DNA of 64,000 nucleotides from Haliotis rufescens (Eukaryota): the NCBI RefSeq assembly GCF_023055435.1, contig NW_025963824.1, positions 25,110,001 to 25,174,000 on the forward strand, in the 5' to 3' direction. The notes under the pieces were generated by a model. That model had not been told where the DNA came from. It was given only the letters and a program-made list of their open reading frames with translations, and searched no databases. Positions 13,338 through 25,408 of the stretch are shown in pieces (the stretch's first letter is position 1; every line of letters starts with the position of its first letter). The position numbers were made by a program, and so were the translations under genes.

Positions 13338-14380
13338 TACCCTGTAAACGTAATACAATCAACCGTCCTGTAAACATACTGGCACACCTTGTAAACCACT
13401 CACTAACCCTGTGAACCCCCTCACTCATCCTGTAAACCTCACTCACTAAGCCTGTACACATGAATCATCCTGTAAAACCTCGCTCACAAACCATGTAAAC
13501 CTCACTCACTAACCCTGTAAACCTCACTGACGCGGCATGTAAACTTCACTCACCAACCCTGAAAACTTCATTCACCAACCCTGTAAACCTCACTCACTAA
13601 CCCTGTAAACCTCACACACATACCCTGTAAACCTCACTCACTCACCTCATAAACCTCACTAATTAACCCTGTCAACCTAACTCACTTACCCTGTAAACCT
13701 CACTCACCATGTAAACCTCGTTTACACACAATGTAAACCTCACTCATTAACCCTGTAAATCTCACTCACAAACCCTGTAAACCTCACTTACACACCATGT
13801 AAACCTCACTCACTAACCCTGTAAACCTCACTCACTAACCCTGTAAACCTCACTCACTCACCATGTAAACCACACTCACTTTACCTGTACATCTCTCAAT
13901 CACCCTGTGAACCTAACTCTCACTTTACCCTGTAAACCTCACTTACACACCATTCATACCTCACTCACTAACCCTGTAAACCTCATTCACCAACCCTGTA
14001 AACCTCACACACTTACCCTGTAAACCTCACTCACTCACCTCATAAACCTCACTCATTCACCCTGTAAAGCTAACACACTAACCCTGTAAACCTCACTCAC
14101 CATGTAAACCTCACTTACACACAATGTAAACCTCACTCATTAACCCTGTAAATCTCACTCACTAACCCTGTAAACCTCACTTACACACCATGTAAACCTC
14201 ACTCACTAAACCTGTAAACCTCACTCACTAACCCTGTAAACCTCACTCACCATGTAAACCCCACTTACACACCATTTATACCCCACTCACTAACCCTGTA
14301 AACCTCACTCACTCACCATGTAAACCTCACTCACTTTACCTGTACATCTCTCAATCACCCTGTGAACCTAACTCTCACTT
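13338..14380. repeat. ~22-bp minisatellite, ~45 units
   Basis: ACCCTGTAAACCTCACTCACTA with variants. Confidence 0.92.
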
Positions 14381-14490
14381 TACGCCTCTTTCAACAATAT
14401 TCCCGCAATATCCCCGCATAATACCTTAACACATTGAATCCATGATGGGATTCGAACCCGAACTTAGCCACTAGGCTACCCTACCTCCCC
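14380..14490 (-). mobile_element. SINE family A, degenerate
   Basis: Remnants ttacgcc...caatattcc, gattcgaacccg and ccactaggctaccc. Confidence 0.65.
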
Positions 14491-15220
14491 ACTAGTCATG
14501 CTTTAATGCTACATCGTCTTCTGGCGTTTATTGCTGGGTCTGCAGTTTGTGTTCTCGTGTCGTATCTCTGAGAATCAGCTCATAGCTGCGTCGGTTCCGC
14601 TTTTCTTCCTGTGGTTAGTTGTGCTATATTTATGTTTCATTATCCTAACATTCGTGTGCTGCTTTCCTCACAACTTTTCCTAACATCAAGTCTAGAGTAA
14701 CAGAAGCCGTCAACAGGCTGCATCTGGAAAAACAAGAAGATTTTAACGTTTCCGTTCTTAATTTGTTATTGTTGTAAGGGAAAGGCGATTGAGATGTGGA
14801 AAGTTGGTCTGAGCTTCGAGAGCGCCTGTTATCGTTGACATGAACAACGCCTCGGGTGCTTCACAAACAGCGACATCTCTACACTTAATTGAACAGTTAG
14901 ACTTTCATAAAGTCTCTTAAAGGAAAATATTTTATATATTTAAAAGTTGTTTTATTTATTTAATATATGAAAAGGAACCAAGAGACTCTTCACTTTCAGT
15001 CTGAAACGGCAGTAATCTAGACTTGCTAGATATCATAGACTTGCATGCGATATTTATTTGGTATATTTGTTTCAGGGTTTGTTCGACAGACTATTGAACA
15101 GTGAGAGAGTTGGGATTAAGGCCGCTTTAACATATTTTTACTTAAATGGTTGACTAACCTGCAGTCCACGCTAAAATGTGATGCTTAAGGTTAAACACCT
15201 TGATGTCTCCTATTTTCTGG

Positions 15221-15490
15221 GACCGCCTCCGTGGTCTAGTGGTAGAGCGTCTGGCGCTCGGCATTAAGGGGCTAAAACAAGGACTGGTCGGCTCGGAGTC
15301 AGTATACTGTGTCTGAGTGGGGTATTCATGTTAAACTGCGGCATGGTATCTCAGTGGGCTAGCACTATAAATCGGCATCAGTCCGGACTAGTACAAGCAG
15401 CCACACACACACACACACGCGTGCATGAACGTAACTATATAAGTGCAATAATCTTGGACGCGACGTTAAACCCAATTTCACCCCACCTCA
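15221..15490 (+). mobile_element. SINE family B, internally deleted
   Basis: 12-bp TSD CCTATTTTCTGG; lacks the B box and the first half of the central domain. Confidence 0.9.
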
Positions 15491-16035
15491 CCTATTTTCT
15501 GGAGATGGCGAGGCGATGGGTGTAGGATGCGAGAGCAGGGGATGGGATGAGAATGGAATCAGGGTGTTTGTTTTATTAAATATATGCAGAGACCATATAC
15601 CGAGGGCCAAGCCTCCGCAGAAGATTATCATTGACACGTCTCGCGTATAAGTGCCGCTTGGTCTCACGCTACAGTGATCAATCTTCCCGAGGCAAGGGCG
15701 TTAATTGACTACATTAGCCCAGTTTTTACCTCGCCGAACTAGGTTGGAATTTCGTGACTCGATCGAAGCGCCACCAGTGGCTATTACGAGTTCCCTTCTA
15801 TGTCCCTCCTATGGACCAATCAGACTCCACCTCTCATATCACTTCTCGGCTCACAGTCAAGACGATCTGATCGATAATCAAAATCTATATTGTAATAAAA
15901 CGACCTTCAAAGTCAGTTAACTCCCTTGCCTCGAGATGATGCAGTGATCGGTCTCCAACTAGCCCCTCGGCGCGTCCCTCGGTATGTGGTTTCTGAAGAT
16001 GGAATATGCAAGAGATACAACGTTGTGACGCTGCC

Positions 16036-17111
16036 AACCTCTTGGAACGCGGGATTCGGGGGTCTATTTAGAGGGTATTCGGGACTCAACCTCCTGGTAC
16101 GCGGGATTCGGGGGTCTATTTAGAGGGTATTCGGTAGCCAACCTCCTGGTACGCGGGATTCGGGGGTCGGTTTAGAGGGTATTCGGTAGCCAACCTCCTG
16201 GTACGCGGGATTCGGGGGTCTATTAAGAGGGTATTCGGGACTCAACCTCCTGGTACGCGGGTTTCGGGGGGTCTATTTAGAGGGTATTCGGGACTCAACC
16301 TCCTGGTACGCGGGATTCGGGGGTTTATTGAGAGGGTATTCGGGACCCAACCTCTTGGTACGCGGGTTTCGGGGGGGTCTATTTAGAGGGTATTCGGGAC
16401 TCAACCTCCTGGTACGCGGGATTCGGGGGGTCTATTTAGAGGGTATTCGGGAGCCAACCTCCTGGTACGCGGGATTCGGGGGTTTATTGAGAGGGTTTTC
16501 GGGACCCAACCTCTTGGTACGCGGGATTCGGGGGTCTATTTAGAGGGTATTCGGGACTCAACCTCCTGGTACGCGGGATTCGGGGGTTTATTGAGAGGGT
16601 ATTGGGGACCCAACCTCTTGGTACGCGGGATTCGGGGGTCTATTTAGAGGGTATTCGGGACTCAACCTCCTGGTACGCGGGATTCGGGAAGTCTATTTAG
16701 AGGGTATTCGGGAGCCAACCTCCTGGTACGCGGGATTCGGGGGTTTATTGAGAGGGTATTCGGGACCCAACCTCCTGGTACGCGGGTTTCGGGGGGTCTA
16801 TTTAGAGGGTATTCGGGACTCAACCTCCTGGTACGCGGGATTCGGGGGTCTATTTAGAGGGAATTCAGGAGCCAGCCTCCTGGTACGCGGGATTCAGAGG
16901 GCTAGAGGGTTTTCGGGACCCAACCTCCTGGTCCGCGGGATTCGGTGGTCTATTTAGAGGGTATTCGGGACTCAACCTCCTGGTACGCGGGATTCGGGGG
17001 TCTATTTAGAGGGTATTCGGGACTCAACCTCCTGGTACGCGGGATTCGGGGTTCTATTTAGAGGGCATTCGGGAATCAACCTCCTGGTAGGCGGGATTTG
17101 GGGGTCTATTT
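16036..17111. repeat. 52-bp minisatellite, ~20 units, related to the 5151 array
   Basis: ACCTCCTGGTACGCGGGATTCGGGGGTCTATTTAGAGGGTATTCGGGACTCA. Confidence 0.95.
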
Positions 17112-17123
17112 TCTGCACCAGAA

Positions 17124-17289
17124 AATCCAGTGTTTGATATCACCAGCATCGATCTACACAATTGGGATACGTTAAGTGAGCGAGTCTGACCACCCGATCC
17201 CGTCAGTGGCCTCTAACGACAAGCAAACTCGCCTTTTACGGCAAGCATGGGTTCCTGAAGATGTATTCTGACCCGGATCTTCACGGGTG
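17124..17289 (-). mobile_element. Family C, 5' portion
   Basis: ggatcttcacgggt terminus and body match. Confidence 0.8.
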
Positions 17290-17456
17290 ATATGGCGGGA
17301 AGTTAAAGTTAGAATGCTTTGTTTGAGTTGCGATATAGCCCTCGGATGATAGCTAGTGAGGATGACGCTTGGCCATTGCTTTACGTTATCCTCTAGGTAG
17401 TTGTATTTTACATCAGAAATACAAGTGTTGTGGTCCCACTGATGAAGAACGTAAGT

Positions 17457-17718
17457 TTGTTGGTTGGTTGGTTGGTTGGTTGGTTGGTTTGCACTGAGCA
17501 ATATTCCAGCTCTCTGACGGCGGCCTGTAAATAATCGAGTCTGGACCAGACAATCCAGTGATTGACAACATGAGCATCGATCTACGCAATAAGGATCAAC
17601 CAAGTCAGCGAGCCTGACTACCCGATCCCGTTAGTCGCCTCTTACGACAAGCATAGTCGCCTTGTACGGCAAGCATGGGTTGCTGAAGACGTATTCTACC
17701 CCGGAATCTTCATGGGCC
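17457..17718 (-). mobile_element. Family C, full length
   Basis: 13-bp TSD GAAGAACGTAAGT; same 5' end as the 32489 copy. Confidence 0.9.
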
Positions 17719-18055
17719 GAAGAACGTAAGTGATTACCTCGGGATGCAGGTCTTTTTGTGAATCCATAAATACGGTGATGGTTCTGAGACATCAATGATC
17801 ATGAGTGGGATAATCGTGGATTCGAACCCATGATAAGCGGATCCTGGCACGGACGCCTGATGCTTGTTCTGAATCACAGGTGCTCCCTGCAAAACCTTTA
17901 TCGGAGGATAATCGCCACCACCAGTCTCGATCATCCGCCGAAACAAATTACATCGGGCGTAAAAGACAGACAAGCGGATCCTGTACTACCGGTTCGACCA
18001 CCGACCTTCCGCTCTCCAGACAGACGCTCGATCCGATAGGCTACCCCACGGAGGC

Positions 18056-18427
18056 TAGACTTGCACAAGTCTGTAAGGCAAGATTATTAGTTTAAATCGT
18101 AATTTCTAGATTATATAGGGGCGGTCGGGTAGCCTAGTGGTTAAAGCGTTCGCTCGTCACGCCGAAGACCCGGGTTCGATTCCCGACATGGGTACAATGT
18201 TTTAAGCCCATTACTGGTGTCCCCCGCCGTGATATTGCTGGAATATTGCTAAAAGCGGCGTAAAACCATACTCACTCACTCACTCACTATTATAAATAAT
18301 AAGAACAAGTTGTCCCTATAAGAGACTGGCGTACGTACTGTCCGCTTTTCTAGACTTGCCTATTATAATGATAGAATTACTATACACCCATGGACTTGTC
18401 ATTCAGTACAGCCCTGGAGCAAGGCTA
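18056..18427 (-). mobile_element. AcademH-like non-autonomous element, copy 2, interrupted by a SINE
   Basis: Same termini; exact 9-bp TSD CACGGAGGC (18047-18055 / 18428-18436). Confidence 0.8.
18118..18288 (+). mobile_element. tRNA-derived SINE family A (~170 bp)
   Basis: A box TAGCCTAGTGG, B box GGTTCGATTCC, tail GGAATATTGCTAAAAGCGGCGTAAAAC plus (ACTC)n. Confidence 0.9.
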
Positions 18428-18809
18428 CACGGAGGCGGTCTATTCGCTATGAGGTCTGCTCAAGGGATTAATACGGTACTGAGATTCGTGGCCAACGACA
18501 CTCAACCTACCGGCATGATGTGGACGTTATCACAAGCGGGTTCTGCACGGAGCTTATCTTCAAGGCGGTGATAGCCTGAATCGACTGTGTGAGGAGTTCA
18601 CTTGACACGTCAGCGCTGCAGCTCCTTCCCAGACTAAAAACACCTTTGTGGCCACTCGTGTTCCAGGACGCAGGTTTCGGAAAGACATGAATGAGCAAAC
18701 GGGTCTCTGATTTGTTTTTGTTTGTTTTGGGTTTTTTTTTGGGGGGGGGGAGATTTGCTGGATAACCGAACACTCTCACTAATGGGCCTACCATTGCCCC
18801 ACACCGTCT

Positions 18810-19095
18810 CTTGTTTGTTTGTTTGTTTGTTTGGTTTTTTGTTGCTTGTTTGTTTGCTTGTCTGTTTGACACCGGACTCTGCAATATTCCAGATACATGA
18901 CACGGCGGTCTGTAAATAATCGAGTCTGGACAAGACAATTCAGTTACTAACACGGCGAGAATCGATCTGCGCAATTAGTATACAATGACATGCATCAACC
19001 AAGTTAGAACCAAGTCGGACCGCACGATCCCGTTTGTAGCCCCTTACGACAAGAATGGGTTGCTGAAGACAAGTTCTAACCCGGATCCGCACGGA
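18810..19095 (-). mobile_element. Family C
   Basis: (TTTG)n tail, body and a single 22-bp hairpin unit. Confidence 0.8.
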
Positions 19096-19234
19096 GGTGT
19101 TGTAGATGAGGCATCACATATTACGTAGGTGAATGGACAGATTTCTTCCGATTCGTTTCTTACCATAAATATGTGGGACAAACCTTATTGTGAAGAATAT
19201 GATGCCAATATCGACTTTACATTACGAAATATAG

Positions 19235-19491
19235 GGGTCACGGGTGGCCCAGTCGTCTAAGGCGCCGCGAATCGCTGTGGCCGAGTTGCCTGTGGTCGTG
19301 GGTTCCAATCCCGGTTCGCCTCGATTATGTTTCTAGATTTGTCAGCGCCATACCACGTATTCGTGGGTTTCACCAAAGTGGTAAACGTCTTAGACCTGCT
19401 TCACTATGGGCTTTCCTCCCACATCAAGCTGACACGCCGTGAAATTACTAGAATATTGTTCAAAGCGGCGTTATACCCAACTCACTCACTA
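19235..19491 (+). mobile_element. tRNA-derived SINE family D (V-domain-like core)
   Basis: A-box-like GGTGGCCCAGTCGTCTAAGGCG, B-box-like GGTTCCAATCC, core GGGCTTTCCTCCCAC, shared tail plus (ACTC)n; TSD ACGAAAT(A/G)TAG. Confidence 0.85.
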
Positions 19492-19737
19492 ACGAAATGT
19501 AGAAAGGAAATATTTTGTTGTGAATGAGTAATGTACTGTGATATAAACGTCAGTGTACCATAGGACCCCAAAGTAATGTTGGGTTGAGCTGGCCCAGTCT
19601 TTTATATTGCAGCAAGTCCGAGTACCGAGTTGCTGCCTTGACCAGTCAGAAACGAATGGTTTCACAAAAAATGCAAAGGTCTTACACCTGCATCAGGCTT
19701 TCGTTCAACACCTACCTGAAACGCTGAAACTCATTCC

Positions 19738-19875
19738 NNNNNNNNNNNNNNNNNNNNNNNNNNNNNNNNNNNNNNNNNNNNNNNNNNNNNNNNNNNNNNN
19801 NNNNNNNNNNNNNNNNNNNNNNNNNNNNNNNNNNNNNNNNNNNNNNNNNNNNNNNNNNNNNNNNNNNNNNNNNNN
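19738..19875. other. Assembly gap; others at 20655-20800, 51710-51843 and 61901-62035
   Basis: Runs of N. Confidence 1.
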
Positions 19876-20501
19876 CGGGTGTGAGGCTGACAGGCAAAGG
19901 TTCATTATTGGGATTCGAACCCACGACCAACCGATCTGGCATGACGAAAGGTCACGGCTCTGTGTTGAACTTCTGATCCGAATGGATACAACTGTTTAAT
20001 ATGCAGGCCGATCATAATTCATTGTCAGAATTAAACTCTACTGTAATGATCACCGTAAAGTAAAATAAACAGTAACCAATTACCGACGCCATAGAAACTT
20101 ACAAATGTAGGTCAAGGTTGGTCACGCCCGACGTCGTTCAGATAATGGGTGATCTCGCGATGAAGCATTCCAACAGATCCCTGCTATTCCGATGACGTGG
20201 AAATAGCAAGTGTAATTTTCTGCTGAAGTTTTGTTTTCAGATAAACAAGAATAAAAGCTGGACTTGAGCGTGAGAGAGTTACACGTTGTTGTCTTGGGTG
20301 TTTCTTTTGCTGTTGTGTCTCCAATAAACTTCATTTATCAACAATCTGACTTGACAAAAGAATCTTCAACAACCATGGGACTTTGGTTTCTTTTTTCTGT
20401 TTGGTATGTCTCGGGTTGAGACGACTTGTTTAAACGGCGCCGGGTTTTCACTCCACACGTGGCCTGTTTGTATTGCCACAGTTGAGCTTCGAATAGGATC
20501 G

Positions 20502-20564
20502 AGTAACATTTGCCGGTAGGTAACATTTGCCGGTAGGTAACATTTGCCGGTAGGTAACATTTGC
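20502..20564. repeat. 17-bp tandem repeat, ~3.5 units
   Basis: GGTAACATTTGCCGGTA. Confidence 0.9.
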
Positions 20565-21659
20565 ATCTGTTTTGGTCGAGGAAGTTGTCATCTGTTTATT
20601 GCCTCGTCCTTGATTTGAAATTAGTTTAAATGGGGTCTTAGTCGCGGTCAAGAGNNNNNNNNNNNNNNNNNNNNNNNNNNNNNNNNNNNNNNNNNNNNNN
20701 NNNNNNNNNNNNNNNNNNNNNNNNNNNNNNNNNNNNNNNNNNNNNNNNNNNNNNNNNNNNNNNNNNNNNNNNNNNNNNNNNNNNNNNNNNNNNNNNNNNN
20801 CGTCTTTTGGTGTGACGCGGTGGGTTCGAACCGCCAGCCTTCCGCTCTATCAACAAGACAACCGTATACCTCCACTACGAATATTTGTTATTTGTGTTAA
20901 CACCGCTTTGATACGCATTTCTTTCATCACGACGTGTGCTTGATGTGCGAAGAGAGCTTCTCGTGATGCTGGTGTTGGATATCTTACTTTGGTGAAATCC
21001 ACGACAATGTATTTGGTACTAACAAACCAAGGGCCATTATATAATGAGAGCGAAATTCGGATTGTGGTTCGCCTGAGAGACGCCACTACACAATAACTGT
21101 TTACGTTTGGTTAAAGCCACGAGCAAGGTAATTGTTCTGATAATCTTAATAACCTGTGACACAAACCAACGATAAGCGGATCCTGGTAGAACTAAGGGGC
21201 GCAATTCGTAGAGGTTTGCCACTTTGGTCCAAGACACGGTTACGGATATTGTAACGACAATCCAAAGATTATAAATAGCGTCCAGTGATTAACTTAAATC
21301 ATCGTCTTGGACAGGTGGGCAACCACTGCCTTATCCTGGCTTTTGACTATTTTACTGTATAACTTAGTATTCATTTTTATTTTATTTAGGTTTATTCATT
21401 GTTTACCTTCTTTCTCAGGATGGTAACAGAGAGACAGAAGACGCATGATACTCCAAGATGACGTCGGGAGAATGACGCCACGCTTACGTCACAAACGCCT
21501 ACAATTATCGTCAAGTAAGTATTGTCAGTCACATTAATTTGCCATATATTTCTCATACCAGTTTAAACACATGTTCTTATATTACTTGGATTACGGAGTC
21601 GCCGATTCCATTCAACATATTTCCGGAAGATGTATAGTGTGTGTTTATATCTTTGTGGT

Positions 21660-21707
<48 letters not shown>

Positions 21708-22730
21708 AATAAAACAAACTGGAAAATACTATGCCAAGCATTATGTTGCTTCATTCTATTTTGTTACATTAACCCCCGACCATTCCCATAAGAGTAATGT
21801 TCAACCAACAATTATATCGGTTTGAAAAGTATATTCCGTAAACAGAGTAAAGCACAAATCAGAACGCTGAGTCTGACCTTTTTCACACTTTCGCCATCGT
21901 GGATCGAAAACGAGGCTTGGACTGCATCAGTTGATCGGCAAACATGATGTGATGGGAATTCCATTTCAACCTTAAGATTCTTGTATATTTAATGTGGAGG
22001 CTCAACCAAAATGTGCTTGTAATGCACTGAAATTGGCAAGTGGGTCCAAATGTGCTTTTCGAAATACGCATTAGCGTAAAAAGATTGAAGTGTGAGTGTA
22101 CATAGGGCGCCATGATAAAACAATGTGATGGACTTTACGAATGGTAAATCAACTACATAAACATTTATGGTTCAACATAAAACACTTCCGTGCACCTAGA
22201 CTAATATTTAGTCTCTGAAATCTTATATTACACAATATCCTTCTTGACTCTTAAAATAAAAAGAAATTCCCTATGCTGATTTCAGGAATAGAGCTAGCTT
22301 GAGCTGGCTAGACTTGCTTTTGTATTGTTGTGCTTTTTTAATAAAATAAATATATTCCACGGTCATGGTGCAGGACTACCGTGCACCGTGCGCCTTTGCA
22401 ACATACGAGTATGGTCATGATAAGTTCAAGAGTAGTTGTGTTAGCTGCACCATGCACTATCGTTTCCAGTAAACAAAAGACACGTTTTATGATATGAAAC
22501 AGTAACATAACTCGTGTTTCAAAATACAAAACCAGGACGGATAATTACTCTATTCAGTTTGTACAGATAAACCTTACTTTCCCTTCAAACTTAACCGAAG
22601 AGTAAAAATGTGTAGAATAATTGGTAAAAATAAAACTGAAAATATTTGTTTTATATAAAGATCACATGAAATAGAAGAAATATTAGAGGTGAAGGATACT
22701 AATAAAATTATCCTGAATTGTATGAAAATA

Positions 22731-24237
22731 TACTCTTCAAAAAAAGAAACTTGACATAGATGTAAAACCACTTTTTGCCAAATATCTAAAATAATTACAT
22801 TAAATGAGAACCAAATAAGTCAAACAGAAAGATGATGTGTCTATAATTCGCGAAAAAACATGCAAAGCACATAAACGTAGCGTTTGGGGATCAATTTTAC
22901 AGCTTCATCCAAACGCAACCGCCTGTAAAAAACGTGCAGCACAGGATCCTGCATTTAGGCTTACAGGCCCCCCTGCTGAATGGGTATAAATATCCACATC
23001 AACGGCTGTTCATACAGTCCTTATAACGGCTGTAGAGGCGGTGACTGAATGCAGCTCAACGGAACAACGCCATTGGGAGATTACAAGCTGGAGCAACTCA
23101 GCAAGAAGTGGCCAGGCACTTTGGCCTATCCAGACAGACAATCTCCGCACTGTGGACCCGATACAACAACACCAACAGAGTTGACGACAGACCAAGGTCA
23201 GGAAGACCAAGGGTGACAACCCAAGCACAAGATCGATACATCCGGCTGCGACACCTCCGAGACCGCACTACCACAGCCACGTCTACAACCACACAGATCC
23301 CTAGGGTACGCAGAATATCAGATCAAACGGTACGCAACAGACTGAGGGAGGCTGGACTTTTTGCACGAAGACATGTTCGACGTCATGTATTGAACCCCAC
23401 GTCATCTGGCGGACCGTCTGCTTTGGTGCCAACAGAGGGTTGGATGGGCACGTGCAAGGTGGAGAAATGTACTGTTTACTGACGAGTCCCGTTTCCTACT
23501 CACACGTGCTGAATGGCGCGCACGTGTCTACAGACGTCGGGGTGAACGTTACACCCCCAACTGTGTGCAGCAGGTTGTCCCATTTGGCGGCGGGAGTGTC
23601 ATGGTATGGGCCGGAATTCATCACGGTGGTAGGACGCCTCTCGTGCATGTGGCAGGTGCATTGACAGGTGTGCGTTACAGAGACTTGATCCTACAGCCTT
23701 ACGTTCTTCCTCACGTCAACGTTCATGGCGGACAGTTCCAGCAGGACAACGCTCGACCGCATATTGCCCGTGTTTGTCAGGACTTCTTACAGCACAACAA
23801 CATCCAGACATTACCTTGGCCAGCCCGGTCACCAGATTTGTCCCCGATTGAGCATCTGTGGGACGAGTTGGGTCGACGCGTTCGCAGAAGGAATCCACCG
23901 CCCCAAACACTTCCGGCGCTTCCTGATGCACTTCAGCATGAATGGCAGCACATCCAACAGCGTGTTATTGACAACTTGACTGCATCTATGGGTCGTCGGT
24001 GTCAAGCGGTGATTGATGCACGTGGTGGGCATAACCGATACTGACATTTTCTGTAACCCTGTGACATTAACTGTATCGTGTACGTGTGTCTGTCCAGGTG
24101 ACACGATTAATGTTTTGAACATTGTGTACATTGATCTTGAAACAGTGTTTCAATTATGGTTTCTGTGTCCTATTTTGAAACAATCGCATTATATTACATT
24201 TTGAAAGTCAGTGTCAAGTTTCTTTTTTTGAAGAGTA
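22731..24237 (+). mobile_element. Tc1-family (Tc1/mariner, DD34E) DNA transposon, full length (1507 bp)
   Basis: Perfect 26-bp TIRs TACTCTTCAAAAAAAGAAACTTGACA (22731-22756 / 24212-24237), TA target duplication on both sides (22729-30, 24238-39), internal transposase. Confidence 0.96.
23045..24044 (+). pseudogene. Tc1 transposase, disrupted
   Basis: HTH region (NAIGRLQAGATQQEVARHF...RSGRPR), a +1 frameshift near 23393, then VLFTDESRF, QQDNARPH and SPDLSPIE with 34 residues between D and E. In-frame stops at 23033 and 23042 and no intact in-frame ATG. Confidence 0.93.
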
Positions 24238-25207
24238 TATCTTGATCAGATATATTGAAAACAATAGTCGTTTTTAAGACCAAAATAATCTATTTCATTA
24301 ATTATGCAAATGGAATAAGACAAAACAAAAAATAAAATAATCAGTAAGTATCAGCCCCTACAGGGTAACCAAAGAGGTTAAAATATGTGATGTGTCATTT
24401 ATGACATCAAAATAAATTTCATGCATTATACGATATGATATGATAATATTCATGACAAAACAAAACTATCCAAAGTATTTTTATCAAAAAGTTGCAAAAA
24501 TAAAAATATAAGTATACATTTAGTATATTAACAATCTTGAATGCTAGGCATATGTGATTATGGACCAATCTGACACCTCGCCCCAAATTTTCTATTTTGA
24601 CACTGTGTACGTCAACTAAAGGCACTATAGCTAATAATAATACATTGTTTATGAATTTTCTGAGAATGATTATATATACGATAGCATACATATCGATGTT
24701 CAAGTCTCTTGATGACATGTTATATTTAATTAAGGGAAGATACTCGCAGTTTGGAAATGTTGAAATGATGACAGTGTAATATGATTTCAATCTTTAAATC
24801 AAATGATTGAAATGTCTTCAACAATGTTTAGCATACTTACAATATTTCGATCATGTTTAGATCGTTTACTTTTTCAGATATTACCAATTTTAAAATTTTA
24901 TCTGGCAGCCAACATATGTAAGTGGTGTAATTCATTGCTCGGTCTATGGATCTACCAACCAAAACTATCACCCCAAAACTAAAATATAATATAATATTGG
25001 AGAATCAGTTATCTCCCCACAGTCTGTTCATTCATCAATTAAATGGCAAAGTGGGTCAATCAATTGAAAAGGGCAAATACCTATCTGACTTATCATACCC
25101 AAACATTTTGTTATGTCTTCACGGTCTGGCAATACATTTAGGGGATCACTTTTAGAAAAATAAACCTTAATGTTCTGATTTGGACAAACTGTAAAGCAAA
25201 TAATTAT

Positions 25208-25408
25208 CCCCGTGAAGATTCCGGGGTAGAATATGTCTTCAGCAACCCATGCTTGCCGTAAAAGGCGACTATGCTTGTCGTAAGAGGCGACTAAGGGGAT
25301 CGGGTGGTCAGGTTCGCTGACTTGGTTGATCCATGTCATCGTATCCCAATTGTGTGGATTGATGCTCATGATATTATGTGTGCGGCGTTAAACCAAGCAA
25401 GCAAGCAA
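25208..25408 (+). mobile_element. Family C, internally deleted
   Basis: cccgtgaagattccggggtagaa...gcggcgttaaac(caag)n. Confidence 0.85.

Noticed and set aside
18118-18190. Functional tRNA genes (GTC anticodon-like loop, A/B boxes)
   Set aside because: No proper acceptor stem, and the heads continue into SINE bodies present in many diverged copies.
19607-19999. ORFs spanning N runs (also near 20640, 51610 and 61719)
   Set aside because: Artefacts of assembly gaps.
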